DNA of 64,000 nt from Eledone cirrhosa (taxonomy: Eukaryota): assembly GCA_964016885.1 (NCBI GenBank), contig OZ024741.1:330150001-330214000 (forward strand), given 5' to 3'. The position numbers and the translations under genes were made by a program. The notes beneath the pieces were generated by a model that was not told the origin of the DNA, did not search any database, and saw only the letters and a program-made list of their open reading frames with translations. The number at the start of each line of letters is the position of its first letter. Position 1 is the stretch's first letter. Below are positions 1 through 12,423 of this stretch, piece after piece.

Positions 1-77
1 ATACCTCCCACATTTTAAGGGTTGATCATGTAAAATATGGGAGGTTTTTCTGCGCACCCTATATATATGTGTGTGTG

Positions 78-383
78 TGTTGTTTCCTTGAGAAAGACAC
101 TTTATTTCACATTGCTCCAGTTTACTCAGCTGTAAAAATGAGATGATAGGACTGGGTTCCCTATCATTCCACTGAAAAGTGGTCGTGGAGGTGCCACGGC
201 AAAAAAGCATCCAGCCCACACTGTAAAGTGGACGTGTAGGCGCCACGGAAAAAAAGCACCCAGCACTCACTGTAAATGAGGTTGGTGTTAGGAAGGGCAT
301 CCAGCTGTAGAAATCAAACCAGAATCAGTTCCCGTCCCACCCTTGCAAGCAGGGAAAAGCGGACGTAAAATGATGATGATGAT
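78..383 (+). mobile_element. 5'-truncated CORE-type SINE with RTE-derived 3' tail
   Basis: CCTTGAGAAAGACACTT...CTCAGCTGTAAAAATGAG CORE-like block, then GTTGGTGTTAGGAAGGGCATCCAGCTGTAGAAA and a (GAT)n tail. Near-identical to the copy at 33540-33920. Confidence 0.8.
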
Positions 384-1520
384 ACACACACACACACGAA
401 CACAAATTATATATACACACACACACATATATATGCATTATGTCTGAATAAAAAAATAAATGACTATGATTGGAACATATTTTCTTGTTAATTGAAACAC
501 AAATAAATGATTTAAAACATGCTAATGAAAGCTTTCAATATTTTTTAGTAAATTAATTATTAATTAGCTATTTATAAATTAAATCTTCTAGATGTCTTTT
601 CCGTGTGTTTATTATAACAAAATCCTAAGTATTAATTATTATTCAAGAGCTGAAAATCAAGTTACACCAAACACTAGTCATTTAGGTCAACATATTAGAA
701 ACAACAGGTTAGTAAAATTTGTACATGTGCCAACTTACCTTCAATTAAGAAAATGTGTTAGTTTTTCTAAATAATTTTTTTCATATATAATATTTCTCTT
801 AACCCTTTCATTGTCATATTTCCAATGAAATGTATTGCCTAAGATTTACAAATAATTTTGAAAATAATAAAAAAATTTGGAGAGATTTAGAAATATAACT
901 AACTTTTTCATTATTAGCTGGTTTAGAAAATAACTCTTTTGTTACCATATTTTCAATGAAAGGCATTGCCTAAGATTTTCAAATAATTTTGAAAATAATT
1001 AAAAAAATGTGGAGAGATTTAGTAATATTAACTTTCTCATTATTATATTGGTGTTATTGAAATTCCGTCGAGATCAACTTTGTCTTTCATCTGCTCAGGG
1101 TCCATAAAACTAAGTACTAGTAAAGTGCTGGAGTCAATTTAATCGAGCTGGCCTTGTGCCTATTTTAGAAACAATCATTAAGGTGATGTTTGGAATATCA
1201 ACATCATTTTGGCATGCTGGTTGCATGAATCGCCATGACACTCTTTCTCCATCTGACATTGTCATTCAGTGTTCGTAGCAGGTCCTCAGGATTGCACTCA
1301 GTATCCTCACAGTTGTTTGATGTAGGTTCTGTGAGGTCTGTCTATGTTTGGATGTTCATGCCATGATGTCCACAGCAGCACATCATTGACAATTTCATTC
1401 TTTGATCTCTAACAAAGTCCTGAGAATCTGGTTCACCTCTCTCAGATGGCATGTCAGATTGCAGGTAGATGGCTGGGCTGTAGAGTTGCTTTTTTGTAGG
1501 GTACTTCTTGCAGGCTATGT

Positions 1521-1745
1521 TTAACTATTTAGCATTTACATTACTCTATATATACTATTGTATTTTCACAGTAAAGACTTTATCTTACATAATTATCTCA
1601 CATAATATCGAATCTATGAGATTTTGATACTACTTATGTTGAGAATACCTTAATATTAGTATGAGTGGCCGGTTACAGCTGGTTTGAACAGAAAGAGGTG
1701 AGAGAATTCTGACCAGATACAGCCGGTTTAAATGCTAAAGGGTGA
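1521..1745. mobile_element. piggyBac-like MITE (diverged copy)
   Basis: TTTAGCATTTA...TAAATGCTAAAGGG terminal inverted repeats. Same family as 31847-32024. Confidence 0.6.
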
Positions 1746-1926
1746 AAGCTGCTCTGACCATTCTTGTGTATGTTCCATCTAGTTTCTTCTCGAGTCCCTT
1801 AGTGAGTATCCACATAGAACACCCATACAGCAGGACAGACTCCACTGTTGCTTGGAAGAATTCACAATCAACTTCTCTGGCTTCCCTCTCTAAACTGTGT
1901 AACTGTGATTCATGTACTGTAGCCAA
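1746..1926 (-). mobile_element. non-LTR retrotransposon RT C-terminal fragment
   Basis: Translation FFQATVESVLLYGCSMWILTKGLEKKLDGTYTRMVRAA is typical of the RTE-like post-RT region. Confidence 0.7.
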
Positions 1927-2091
1927 TATAATTATATTATGCTTGAAACATTAAAGTTACTTATATGACAACAACAAAAATAATAGAAGAGTCAACCAGA
2001 TGTTACTTTGTAAACAAAAACCAAAACCTTTTTTTGTCCCTAATCTTAATCCTAGCAGTATTAACTTTAACAGGGCTTTTTTCATTCGCAA

Positions 2092-2247
2092 GTGAGTTGA
2101 CAAAATCTGTACAGACATGTGGTTGACAAAATCTGTACTCTATAAATGTGTGGTGGACAAAATTTGTACTCTGTAGACATGTGGTTGACATACTATATGT
2201 ACTCTATAGATGATGTGTGGTTGACAAAATCTGAACTCTACAGACAT
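2092..2247. repeat. ~31-bp minisatellite, 5 copies
   Basis: Repeated GTGGTTGACAAAATCTGTACTCTAYAGACAT units. Confidence 0.8.
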
Positions 2248-2830
2248 CATCATCATCGTTTAACGTCTATCTTCCACGCTAGCATGAGTTAGACAAGGAA
2301 TTGTCCCACTTGAGGCAAGATTGATCGTGTGACCATGTCTTGCTTGTATAGGACTGTATCTGGCAGGTTTTCTATGGCTAGATGCCCTTTCTAACACCAA
2401 CCACAATTACAGTGTGGACTGGGAGCCTTTTTACCATGTTTCCTACACGACCACTTTACAGCATGGACTGTGTGTTTTTTTGTCGTGACACCTAAAACGA
2501 CCTCTTTAGTTTGGACTGGATATTGTGGTACCAACATAACTTTACAGAGAAAGGGTGGTGTTGGTGAGAGTGGGAGTGGGAGGATGGAGTAGAGGTAGTG
2601 GGTTGGGGTGTATATTTGGTTAGGAGGTGCCTACTGACTGTAGGTTAACTTTGTAGGTAGGGAAGGCAGGTCTTCTGTATTACTGCACGGCGCCAAAGAT
2701 CTCGATCCAGTGACATTGTCTTAGAGAGGTGTAAGTGTACAAGGTCGGATTTTATCATGTTGTCCCAGGTTTTTCTGGGTCTACCTACTCCGTAACTTCC
2801 ATCAATTTTGATCGCCCTGCACTTTTTAAG
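2246..2830 (-). mobile_element. RTE LINE 3' end fragment
   Basis: Reverse complement of 6310-6888 (GRPRKTW coding end, 3'UTR, (GAT)n tail). Confidence 0.8.
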
Positions 2831-3037
2831 ACAGGGTTAAGATATCTAATTCTTGATCATGTGGTTCTATGTTCAATCCCATGGTACAGTACCTGAAACA
2901 ACTGTCTTCTACTATGGATATTAAGCTTATATATGAGAAGATAGTGAGGTAAATGGTTGCTAACTCAACTACTACTGTGTCGTCTCTGTTGTTTGCTAAA
3001 TGTCAGCTCTGTGTGACTAATAAAGAAACCATTATTA

Positions 3038-3200
3038 TGGATTGGCAGTATCGGTAGAGCATCAGAAACATGCTTTGCGGCATATAGTTACAACCTTTTA
3101 TGCTCTGAGTTCAAATTCTTCTGAGGTTAGCGTTGCTTTTCGTCGTTACAGGGTCGATAAAATAAAGTACCAGTAATGCACTGGAATCAATTAAATCGAT
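3038..3200 (+). mobile_element. second tRNA-derived SINE family (many copies in window)
   Basis: A-box-like GGCAGTATCGGTAG, B-box GAGTTCAAATT and conserved GGGTCGATAAAATAAAGTACCAG body. Other copies near 1060, 10880-11230, 25500-25650, 36420-36615, 38610-38860, 47800-47965 and 55590-55772. Confidence 0.7.
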
Positions 3201-3269
3201 GTCATTACTTCCTACAGGAAAAAATCAAGTCGGATACTTTTTTGACAAACCTCATATACACACATGCAC

Positions 3270-3310
<41 letters not shown>

Positions 3311-3313
<3 letters not shown>

Positions 3314-4572
3314 GGTGTAACAGGTAAATTGGGACCATTTAAATATCCTTATTATAATTGGTTGGCGTTAGGAAGGGAATCCAGCCAGAAACACTCCTAT
3401 ATGAGCGAGACACAGTCACCCAACCCAACTTGCCCATGCTAGCGTGGAAGATAGACGTTAATCGATGATGATGATGATATAACTCAGAAAAATCAAACAT
3501 TGCAAATTTTATGTTTATGCCAATTTATGTGTTTAGCACTTATTTCAGTTCAATCCGTTTATGAAATGATGTGCCTTAACTATTTCCTCTTTTTTCATTT
3601 TACCGAATGCTCTTCAGTGAAGACACACAGTTGTGAGAAGTTGCGTTGGATATTGCTTCAACTGCACCCCATAGTCAAAAATCACACAGCTTCAAATCTG
3701 GCGAGCTAGAGGACTTGATATCTTTAGGGACAAACATGGGCAATTCCTTCTTTGAGAATTGTTGCACTCTTTTTGAAGGATAGGCAGGCGCAGAGTCCCG
3801 TACAAACATGACTCGATTTGCATCATAATACTTCCTAATCCAAGGCACAAAACTTCTAAGATTTTGAGATACTCTGCTGTGTTGATTTTAAGACCTGCTT
3901 CAATAGAATGAGGAGGCATCAATTTTCCATCACTTGCAACAGTTCCAAAGACTATAATGGAAGCTGATTCTTGCTATGCATAGCTGAAGGAACATGGGAA
4001 GGGTTATATGCTATCACTCATGAGTTTTGATCATTTGCAACTTCGTCTACCATGAACTTCTTTTCATTCAGATGACTAAGAATGGCTTTAGAGCTACTAG
4101 TTAGGATGTTACAGTCTCTCCTCATGTAAGATTTCATATGGAGGTCTTATCTCACAGCCCTAGAAATGGTCATTTTACTGATTCCTCGATCTTGAGCCAA
4201 CTTTGCCATCGATTTTGATGGGTTCAACTCAATCTTTTAAGTCCTGCTAAGAAGCGAGGTGTGTGTTTTCGGTCACTGCAAGGACTGAGACTTTCTCTGA
4301 ACATCCTGACTTTTCTTCAAATTGCCCACAACTCTAAAAACATACTTTTTGGCTATAATAATCTTTCCAGCACTTTTGACAGTGCAGAATAATTCAGCAA
4401 TTACACTTCCATGGTTTAATTCTTTAACATACTAGTTTTTATTTCAGACTGAACAAATTATGAATAAGTGATTATTCAAGGTGGTAATATTTAAAATTTA
4501 GACTCCAACAAAATCTATACAATTAGAAATATACCCATTTGAAACTTGTCCCAATTTACCTGTTACATCCTG
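3311..4572 (-). mobile_element. degenerate Tc1/mariner-superfamily (maT-like) DNA transposon
   Basis: 25-bp TIRs CAGGGTGTAACAGGTAAATTGGGAC / GTCCCAATTTACCTGTTACATCCTG flanked by TA. Broken transposase VFGTVASDGKLMPPHSIEAGLKINTAEYLKILE. Confidence 0.85.
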
Positions 4573-4784
4573 TATGTGTGTGTGTGTGTGTATATATATT
4601 TATTAAAATAACAGATTAAAGTTTCAGCAAAGAATCGCTGCTTTCACCCTTAACAGGCTCTTCTGAAACTAACAAAGTCAATCTGTGAACGCAGAAGTGA
4701 ATATTTCAAAAAACGTTGCAACCGGAGGAAGACATATATATATATGTATGTATATATATATATATCATCATACTCTATCCATCT

Positions 4785-4827
<43 letters not shown>

Positions 4828-5348
4828 CCCGCACTCTCAAGCGTGAACCTAATACTAACACTTTGTACTGCACTCTTCGTTATTGTTTTCTGTTTTAACT
4901 TTTATATATATATATATATATATATATAAATCAAGACGAATAGAGTATGAAACTGGTTTGACCATTACTCACCAGAGTACTCGATACTTGGGGTAGTAGA
5001 GTATGGTTATATGAAAGAGTTAGGACCCCCACGGCTGAGCTCTTGCCGTTTCAACAGCTGAAACTAGCTGTTGAAACTGCAAGAGCTCAGCTGTCAGGGT
5101 CCAGACTCCTTCATATATATATACACATGCATATATATACATATACACACTCTCACGTGCATACATACATATATATATATTTGTTTCATTTGATTGGGTG
5201 GATTGCCCAGACTTGTTCTACTCTTCTCTTTCAGACGTCTCGATATCCCCAGCTGGACATGCTAAGGCAGCTGATCAATGTAGGTCATTCTTGATCATCC
5301 CACTAGGGTCTTATTCCTAGGCACCCATAGGTGTGTATATATATATAT

Positions 5349-6888
5349 AGGTGTTGATGAATGGCTTTTGAGAGCTATACAAGCCATGTATAAAGAAACA
5401 GTCAGCAAGGTTAGAATGAACAACAAATATAGTGAAGAATTTAGCGTAAAAGTTGGTGTTCATCAAGGTTCTGTCCTTAGTCCCCTCCTATTTATTATTG
5501 CCCTTCAAGCTATAACAGAGGAGATCAAGACCGGATGCCCATGGGAACTTCTATACGCTGATGATCTAACTCTCATAGCTGAATCGATGGCTGAACTAGA
5601 GAAGAAATTCCAAACATGGAAGCATGGCCTAGAATCAAAGGCCTTAAAGTTAACTTGTCTAAGACTAAAGTTCTAGTATGTAGAAAGGAAAATAGGGCAC
5701 AGGTCCCGTCTGGGAAATGGCCATGCTCAGTGTGTACGAAAGGAGTAGGTAGAAATTCCATTTTATGTCCCTAATGTAAACTATGGTATATAAAAGATGT
5801 AGTGGGATCACAGGTAAGCTATCTAAGAACGTAGATTTTATATGTGGCCGATGCTCAGGTGCAATAAGTAGCAAGTGCCCACAGGATACTAGCTCCTTCT
5901 ATTGCCCAGATGGTTCTACAGAAATAGTGGACACCTTCCGTTACCTGGCTGACAAAATCAGCAGTGGTGGAGGGTGCTCTGAAAGTACAGTAACCAGAGT
6001 CAGAACGGGATGGAAAAAGTTCAGAGACCTTATACCACTATTGGCCACTAAAGGTTTCTCTCTAAAAATGAAAGGCAGATTGTATGATGCCTGCATATGA
6101 ACAGCAATGTTACATGGCAAGTGAGACATGTGCAGACTGGAAAGGAACGAAGCATGCATGCTCCGTTGGATGTGTAATAGTAATATATGCGAACGGCAAA
6201 GCATAAATGAACTAAGTGAGAAATTAGGAATAAGAGGGATCAGATGCTGTTTACTCGAGAAAAGACTATGTTGGTATGGTCACGTGATGCGCATGAAAGA
6301 CAACAGCTGTATAAAAAAGTGCAGGGCGATCAAAATTGATGGAAGTTATGGAGTAGGTAGACCCAGAAAAACCTGGGACGATTTGATAAATTCCAACCTT
6401 ACACACTTACACCTCTCTAAGACAATGTCACTGGACTGAGATCTTTGACGCTATGCAGTAATACAGAAAACCTGCCTTGCCTATGTACATAGTGAAACCT
6501 ACAGTCAGTAGGCACCTCTTAACCAAATATACACCCCCATCCCACTACCCCTACTCCACCCCCCTCTCACACCAACACCTCTCTATAAAGTTATGTTGGT
6601 ACCACAACATCCAGTTTAAAATAAATGAGGTTGTGTAGGTGTCATGACAAAAAAAACACACAGTCCATGCTGTAATGTGGTCGTGTAGGTAACATGGGAA
6701 AAACCTCCCAGTCCACACTGTAAACGTCGTTGGTGTTAGGAAGGGCATCCAGCTGTAGAAAACCTGCCAGACAGTCCAATACAATCGAGACACGGGCTCC
6801 CGACCAATCTTGCCTCAAGTGGGACACTTCCCGTCTAAACCCATGCTAGCGTGGAAGATAGACGTTAAACAATGATGATGATGATGAT
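5349..6888 (+). mobile_element. 5'-truncated, disrupted RTE-clade LINE
   Basis: VGVHQGSVLSPLLF, LLYADDL, a Cys-rich insert, LRWYGHV-like and GRPRKTW motifs across broken ORFs, then 3'UTR and (GAT)n tail. Confidence 0.9.
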
Positions 6889-6906
6889 ATATATATATAT
6901 ATATAT

Positions 6907-7397
6907 AAAAAGGTGCAGAGCACTAAAAGTCGATGGAAGCCTTGGAGTGGGGAGACCCAAGAAGACCTGGGATGAAGTGATAAAAGCTGATCTTGTTCAA
7001 TTGTACCTCCCAAAAGCAATGACACAGGACCGAGACCTCTGGCATTACACAGTAATACAGAAGACCCGACTTCCAACGGGTACAAGCCGAAGCTGAAGCA
7101 TATAGACAGTATGCCCCCACCCCTCCCACTGTAAAGTGGTCGTGTAGGTGTCACAATAAAAAAGCACCCAGTCCACTCTATAAAGTGGTCGTGTAGGCGC
7201 CATGATAAAAATGCACCCAGTACTCACTGTAAATGAAGTTGGTGTTAGGAAGGGCATCCAGCTGTAGAAATCAAGCCAAAATCAGTTCTCTATGAGCAAG
7301 ACATGGTCCCCTGACCTGGCATTGTCCACAACAGGACAAATCGTCTAACCAATGCTAGTGTGGAAGAATGGACGTAAAACAGTGATGATGATGATGA
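6907..7397 (+). mobile_element. RTE LINE 3' fragment (second subfamily)
   Basis: KRCRALKVDGSLGVGRPKKTWDEVIKADL. Matches 63505-64000. Confidence 0.85.
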
Positions 7398-7970
7398 CAC
7401 ACATATATATACATACACACACACACACACACACATACATACATACAACATATATATATGTATATATTTCTGTGTGTATCCAGCTTAAAAGAAGTAAATT
7501 GTATCCCTGTGGATTGCAAAAGGCAACTAAAAGGGTTGGTCCCCAGGAAGGGCATCTGGACATAAAACATTGTCTTAGAAAGGATCCAATTATCAATACG
7601 AAGATTTAACCCCTGCTTTAGAAGGGAAAAATGCCCCTAAAACGCTTGTTAGTGTATCATCATCAACATTTAACACTCACTTTCCCTGTTAACAAAGGTT
7701 GAACGAGTCTACTTAGACCAAGTCAGTACTGAAGCATAGCTACTGACCTCCCAAACAGGCCAAGGGGTCTGTATCCCGCTTTCGTAGAATCATATCAAAT
7801 GCAGAGAAGTTGTCGTGTCTTTTGACACAAACTAAAGCTTTCTATGGCTGGATGCCTTTCCTAACACCAACTACTTTACAGCATGTACTGGATGCGTTTA
7901 TCATGTAGATCACCAACACTAGAGAGGTTGTTGTGTCTAAATATATATCGTTCCATTTCAAAGATTTCTC

Positions 7971-8073
7971 CTACTGAAGAGAATCTGGGTCTTGAAGTCA
8001 ACTAGTTCTACCTTATTTATTTTAACCATGCTAGTTTGTAGATTTTTTTCTGAGATTTGAAACAGCTGTATAG
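7971..8073 (+). ncRNA. putative type I hammerhead ribozyme with long stem II and palindromic stem III
   Basis: cta-CTGAAGA-gaatct...agattt-GAAAC-agct-GTA-tag. All core nucleotides present. Stem III ACAGCTGT is self-complementary. Confidence 0.6.
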
Positions 8074-9087
8074 TTTAGGTATAAGTAATGTAAGTAATAT
8101 TTTTTAATATTCTAATTGCTTTTGTAGGTGTTTTGTGTGATACATTATATAATTATTTTGTATTCTGTAATATTCTTGCATAAGTGAGCTCTGGAACGAG
8201 TTTTTTTAGATCATACTTCCATGGAGCTATTTTTACAGAACAATGAAATTGAGATGTTTTTATTTTAATTCATTATATATATATATATATACATATATAT
8301 GTGTGTACATATATATATGCATACATATATATATATACATATATTATTCAGAGATAGATAGATAGATAGAGACGGATATGGCAGAAAATACTGTTTTAGA
8401 ACATTTACACCCGCCTAAACTTTTTTGTGTATGAATTCTAAGTAAAAATCTAAAACGATTTTGTGAGATTCAGTTTGAAAAATACAATACCATCATTATA
8501 ATATATATATATTAACTTTATTTAATATGACCTCTAAGATGTTCTAGTAGTTTGCCATTTAAGGAATAAAATTCCGACGTAAAAAGAAAGAAAAAAAATA
8601 CGTTTAACTACAGCTGATTAAATGATGCTCTTATAAGTTTTGATAATAAAGGGTCTGATTTGTTTATAATAGTCGGTGAAATATTTCCTCTTTTATATGT
8701 ATAGAGAACAGATAAGTTTTGTTTATATCTCTTATTGGTGATCTTTCATAAAAGATAAACGGGATGTAAACAACGAAATTGACATTTTCCGTTGTGTGTG
8801 TGTATATGTGAGTATGGATATGAGCATGTATGTGAGTGCATTTGAGTGTGTGTATATGCGTGTGTATGTATGTGGTGAGTGTGCGTATGTGAGTATTTCA
8901 GTACATTACGGAGATTGTCTAACACATACATATATAATATATCTACGCTTATATATGTATATTCGTATGCAGAGATGTGTATTCATATATTGTTAAAGTA
9001 GTTGTCGATGACGGTTAATGGTAATGAAAATAAAAAAGGGGTTTGTAGTAAAGATTATTGTATTCATTACACCCACACATACACATG

Positions 9088-9123
<36 letters not shown>

Positions 9124-9654
9124 TATGTATGTATACATTCGTGCGTACGACAATCTCCGTGATGTACGGTGACAAACACACACACACTCTCACACATAAA
9201 ATGTTTATTTCGTTGTTTACATCTCATCTACAAAAGATCGCCAAAAATATGATGTGACGTTCATACATTTCCCCAAAATATCGGAGAAATGAAATTGGCA
9301 ATAACCACGAAGAAGACCAACTGGTTAGGATTCTACGTCGTACAATGAAAGATACAGTAACTTGACTTGCTAGACATAGCAGTTAACTCTCCTTCAAATC
9401 ATACCCACTGCGCTTAAAAATAAAACTAGACCCAGATAAACTGCGTCATCTGAAAACGAAGATAGGATGGCCACGGGAGAAAGGCTTTTGATTATAATTA
9501 TTATTGGGAGAGGGACTAATTTTCATGGGGACATGTTACAAGGTGATTAGTGACTACGTAAACATCAACTTATATATAATATACATACATACACATGTAT
9601 ATATATACATACTCTACGTAAATGGTGTTCTTGTATATGTATGTATATATACAA

Positions 9655-9693
<39 letters not shown>

Positions 9694-9805
9694 AACACAT
9701 AAATGATGTGTATGTTGTGTTGGGCGTGTGTGTTTGGATGTGTGTATGTGTATATATACATGTGTGTGTGAGAGAGAGAATAGAAGAGGTATGGTAGACA
9801 CTTAC

Positions 9806-10223
9806 CCATGGTACCAGGTCGAACAAGTGGATTTCCAGGTGACTTCCTCGTGTCTTCAGGTGTATTATCTGTAGTGTTGGTGGTATGGTGTGTCGTTGTT
9901 GTACAAGTGGTGCTGCACTTTGATGTCGGCGATGTGGGTTCGTTTTCGGTGGTAAACAGTTCCTCCTCTGTCGATGATGACAACAAAGGGAAGTCTGCGG
10001 CACTCTGAGAGTATGCCACCATATTTTGGTCCTTGCTCGAAAGAGACGACACTTCAGAGCAAGAAGAGAAAGCTTGATCTTTAAGAATCATGGTCGTGTT
10101 GTTAGTTGCTGCTTCAACGTTTTCTTCGTGTGGTCGGCTGTGAGTCGATCCTTCGTCCCCGCTGATTGTACTTCGTTGTAGTAAAAACTCATCAGACATT
10201 GCCTCCATCGGTTCTTCGTCCAT
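9806..10223 (-). CDS. first coding exon of an unidentified protein with a low-complexity Ser/Thr/Glu-rich N-terminus; rest of gene not found in window
   Basis: CACCATGG start context, 139 open codons (MDEEPMEAMSDEFLLQ...LVRPGTM), canonical phase-1 donor G|GTAAGT at 9805, CpG-richer than flanks. No recognisable domain. Confidence 0.65.
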
Positions 10224-10270
10224 GGTGACGCAACTCTAGTGTTTTGTTTTTTTTTTTCTTTTTTAAAAAT

Positions 10271-10593
10271 AGCAACTAACAAAACACCGACGCTAAAAGC
10301 CAATACGAAAAATTTGAAATTAGTCTACTTAATTATTAATTAATAACTTATTTAAATTTAAATTAGCTGAGCACTTACCAGGTAAGCGAGCCGCCGAATT
10401 AAAATCTCGCCTACGACAGACAACCATTTGCAAACAAAGCGACTAACACACCGACGCTAAATGTAAAACCAACACGAAATTTGAAATTTGTGCACTTAAT
10501 TAAGTATTTACGTATTATTTAAATTAGCTGGGCACTCATTAAGTAAGCGAGCTGCCGAATTAAAATCTTGCTTAACACAGACAACCATCTGCA
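10271..10593. repeat. 167-bp tandem duplication in the 5'UTR/promoter of the unknown gene
   Basis: 10271-10437 aligns with 10438-10593 (ACACCGACGCTAAA...TTAAATTAGCTG...GCCGAATTAAAATCT...CAGACAACCAT). Confidence 0.85.
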
Positions 10594-11408
10594 GTCCGTT
10601 TTATGGCAAATAAGTGCCAGGGGAGAAAATCGAAAACCGGTTGATTTGCAACAGCCGTAAAATGTACGTTATAGGTTTGACGATATTAAACGCTACGAAC
10701 TCGTCGATGGCTTACGCCACTATAATGTCTTTTCTTTCTATCTTCACCCATTTCATACCGAGATGCCTGAAACCACCCATGTTTCTGATACAAAACTGCT
10801 TATCTTAAAGTGTTTATACTTATCTAAAAACTTTCCATCATGATATTATGTAAGAATTTTTGTTAAGTTATCGTCCAAATGGGTTCTGATTTAGGCACAA
10901 GGCCAACAGTTTGGGGGAAGGGGAAAGGTAAAGCTAACTTCGGCGGGATTTGAACTCAGAACGCAAAGGGACGTAATTAGATGCTACTAAGTTATCTGAC
11001 GCCCAACCGATACTGCCAATCCACTGCCCTTATGATTATTTCTAATTTAGGTACAAGGCCAACAATTTGTGAGAGGAAAGTCGATTACCTCGTACTGGTA
11101 TTTTATTTTATCGACCCGAGAAAGTTGAAAGACAAAGTTGACCTCGACGGAATTTGATCTCATAACGTAAAAGGTTGTAACTAAATGCATTTAGGCATTT
11201 TATCTGACGCTCTGATAATCCACCAGCCTAATACTGAGTAAGCTAATTATATTACTAAATCTCTCCAAATTCTTAATTATTTACAAAATTATTTGAAAAT
11301 TATAGCCAGTGTATTTCATTAGAAATATAGTAACGAAAGGGTTGTTCTTTCAGAGAAATTAAAATGTAATACCAATTTATTGTGATGAGAATTGTGTATA
11401 TATATATA

Positions 11409-11690
11409 CTAGCAGAGGTACCCGGCTTCGTCCAGGTAAACATGATAAAATACATGTAGAAGAGAAAACGACTATATTGGATGTGCTGTCTGGTTTACAG
11501 TATGGGGTGAGAGGGGGGAATAAGAAACAGTAAAAAAAAATCTTACAAATACACCAGATTCTTCATTTTACCGTTTGTGCATAGTATATGGTGTTCTCAC
11601 TCGTGAATAACCTATATATAACTGTCCAAGAGTAAAAACCGATTCTCTCGTATTCACTCCTACAACTTTGTGACTGAGCTTTATTTACGG
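11409..11690 (-). mobile_element. Helitron 3' terminal fragment
   Basis: Minus strand ends ...CCTGGACGAAGCCGGGTACCTCTGCTAG (hairpin then CTAG), like 23182. The right boundary is approximate. Confidence 0.5.
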
Positions 11691-11749
11691 TCATAGCAAA
11701 ACTTGCTCAAACAGGGAATTGAAGTCTTTGAACTGCAGCTTGGTAGAGA

Positions 11750-12145
11750 AAATGATGAGAGGAATCTTGGGAATAAAAGAATTTTCTCTTTGATGATTGC
11801 CTCCAGTCTTAACTACATTGAATACTGCAGTGACTTCATCATGGAAGGACCTATATTCGGACTCCTTGTTAGGTGCATAAACTTGCACCACCCATAGAGG
11901 CCTGTCTTTCAGCTTAAGCTTCAAGAGGAAAATCCTCCTTCCTAATGGGATCCAGTCCATAACATTCTGACAGCCGGCGGCTTGTGCATAACCTTACTTC
12001 CACCTTTAGTCATTTCTGTCATCACACATGAATAGCGGAGTTTCCATTCTCCATCCAAATCTACTGTATTAGAACCACGGAACTTTGAGGAAATCCCAAC
12101 TATATCTATCCTGATGGGAGACTTCAATGGCAAAACTGACTTCAT
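11750..12145 (-). mobile_element. LINE AP-endonuclease domain remnant
   Basis: IDIVGISS...GEWKLRYS and GRRIFLLKLKLKDRPLWVVQVYAPNKESEY. Confidence 0.7.
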
Positions 12146-12148
12146 ACC

Positions 12149-12179
<31 letters not shown>

Positions 12180-12423
12180 ACATATATATATTCATTATTT
12201 ATGGCTAAATAGCGAGTCTTTTAGTTTGGAGTTTCGCCTGTTTATCACAAGATCTTCAGACAAGATCTCAGATGACCTTGTGATAAACAGGCAAAACTCT
12301 AGAGTAACAAAACTCACTATTTAGCTTTAATAAAATTAATATTAAAACTAACTCAGCATTGAGTTTCTTTTTTCTCAGCAGTCAAGTATAATATATATAT
12401 ATATTAACCCATCAGAATTGATA

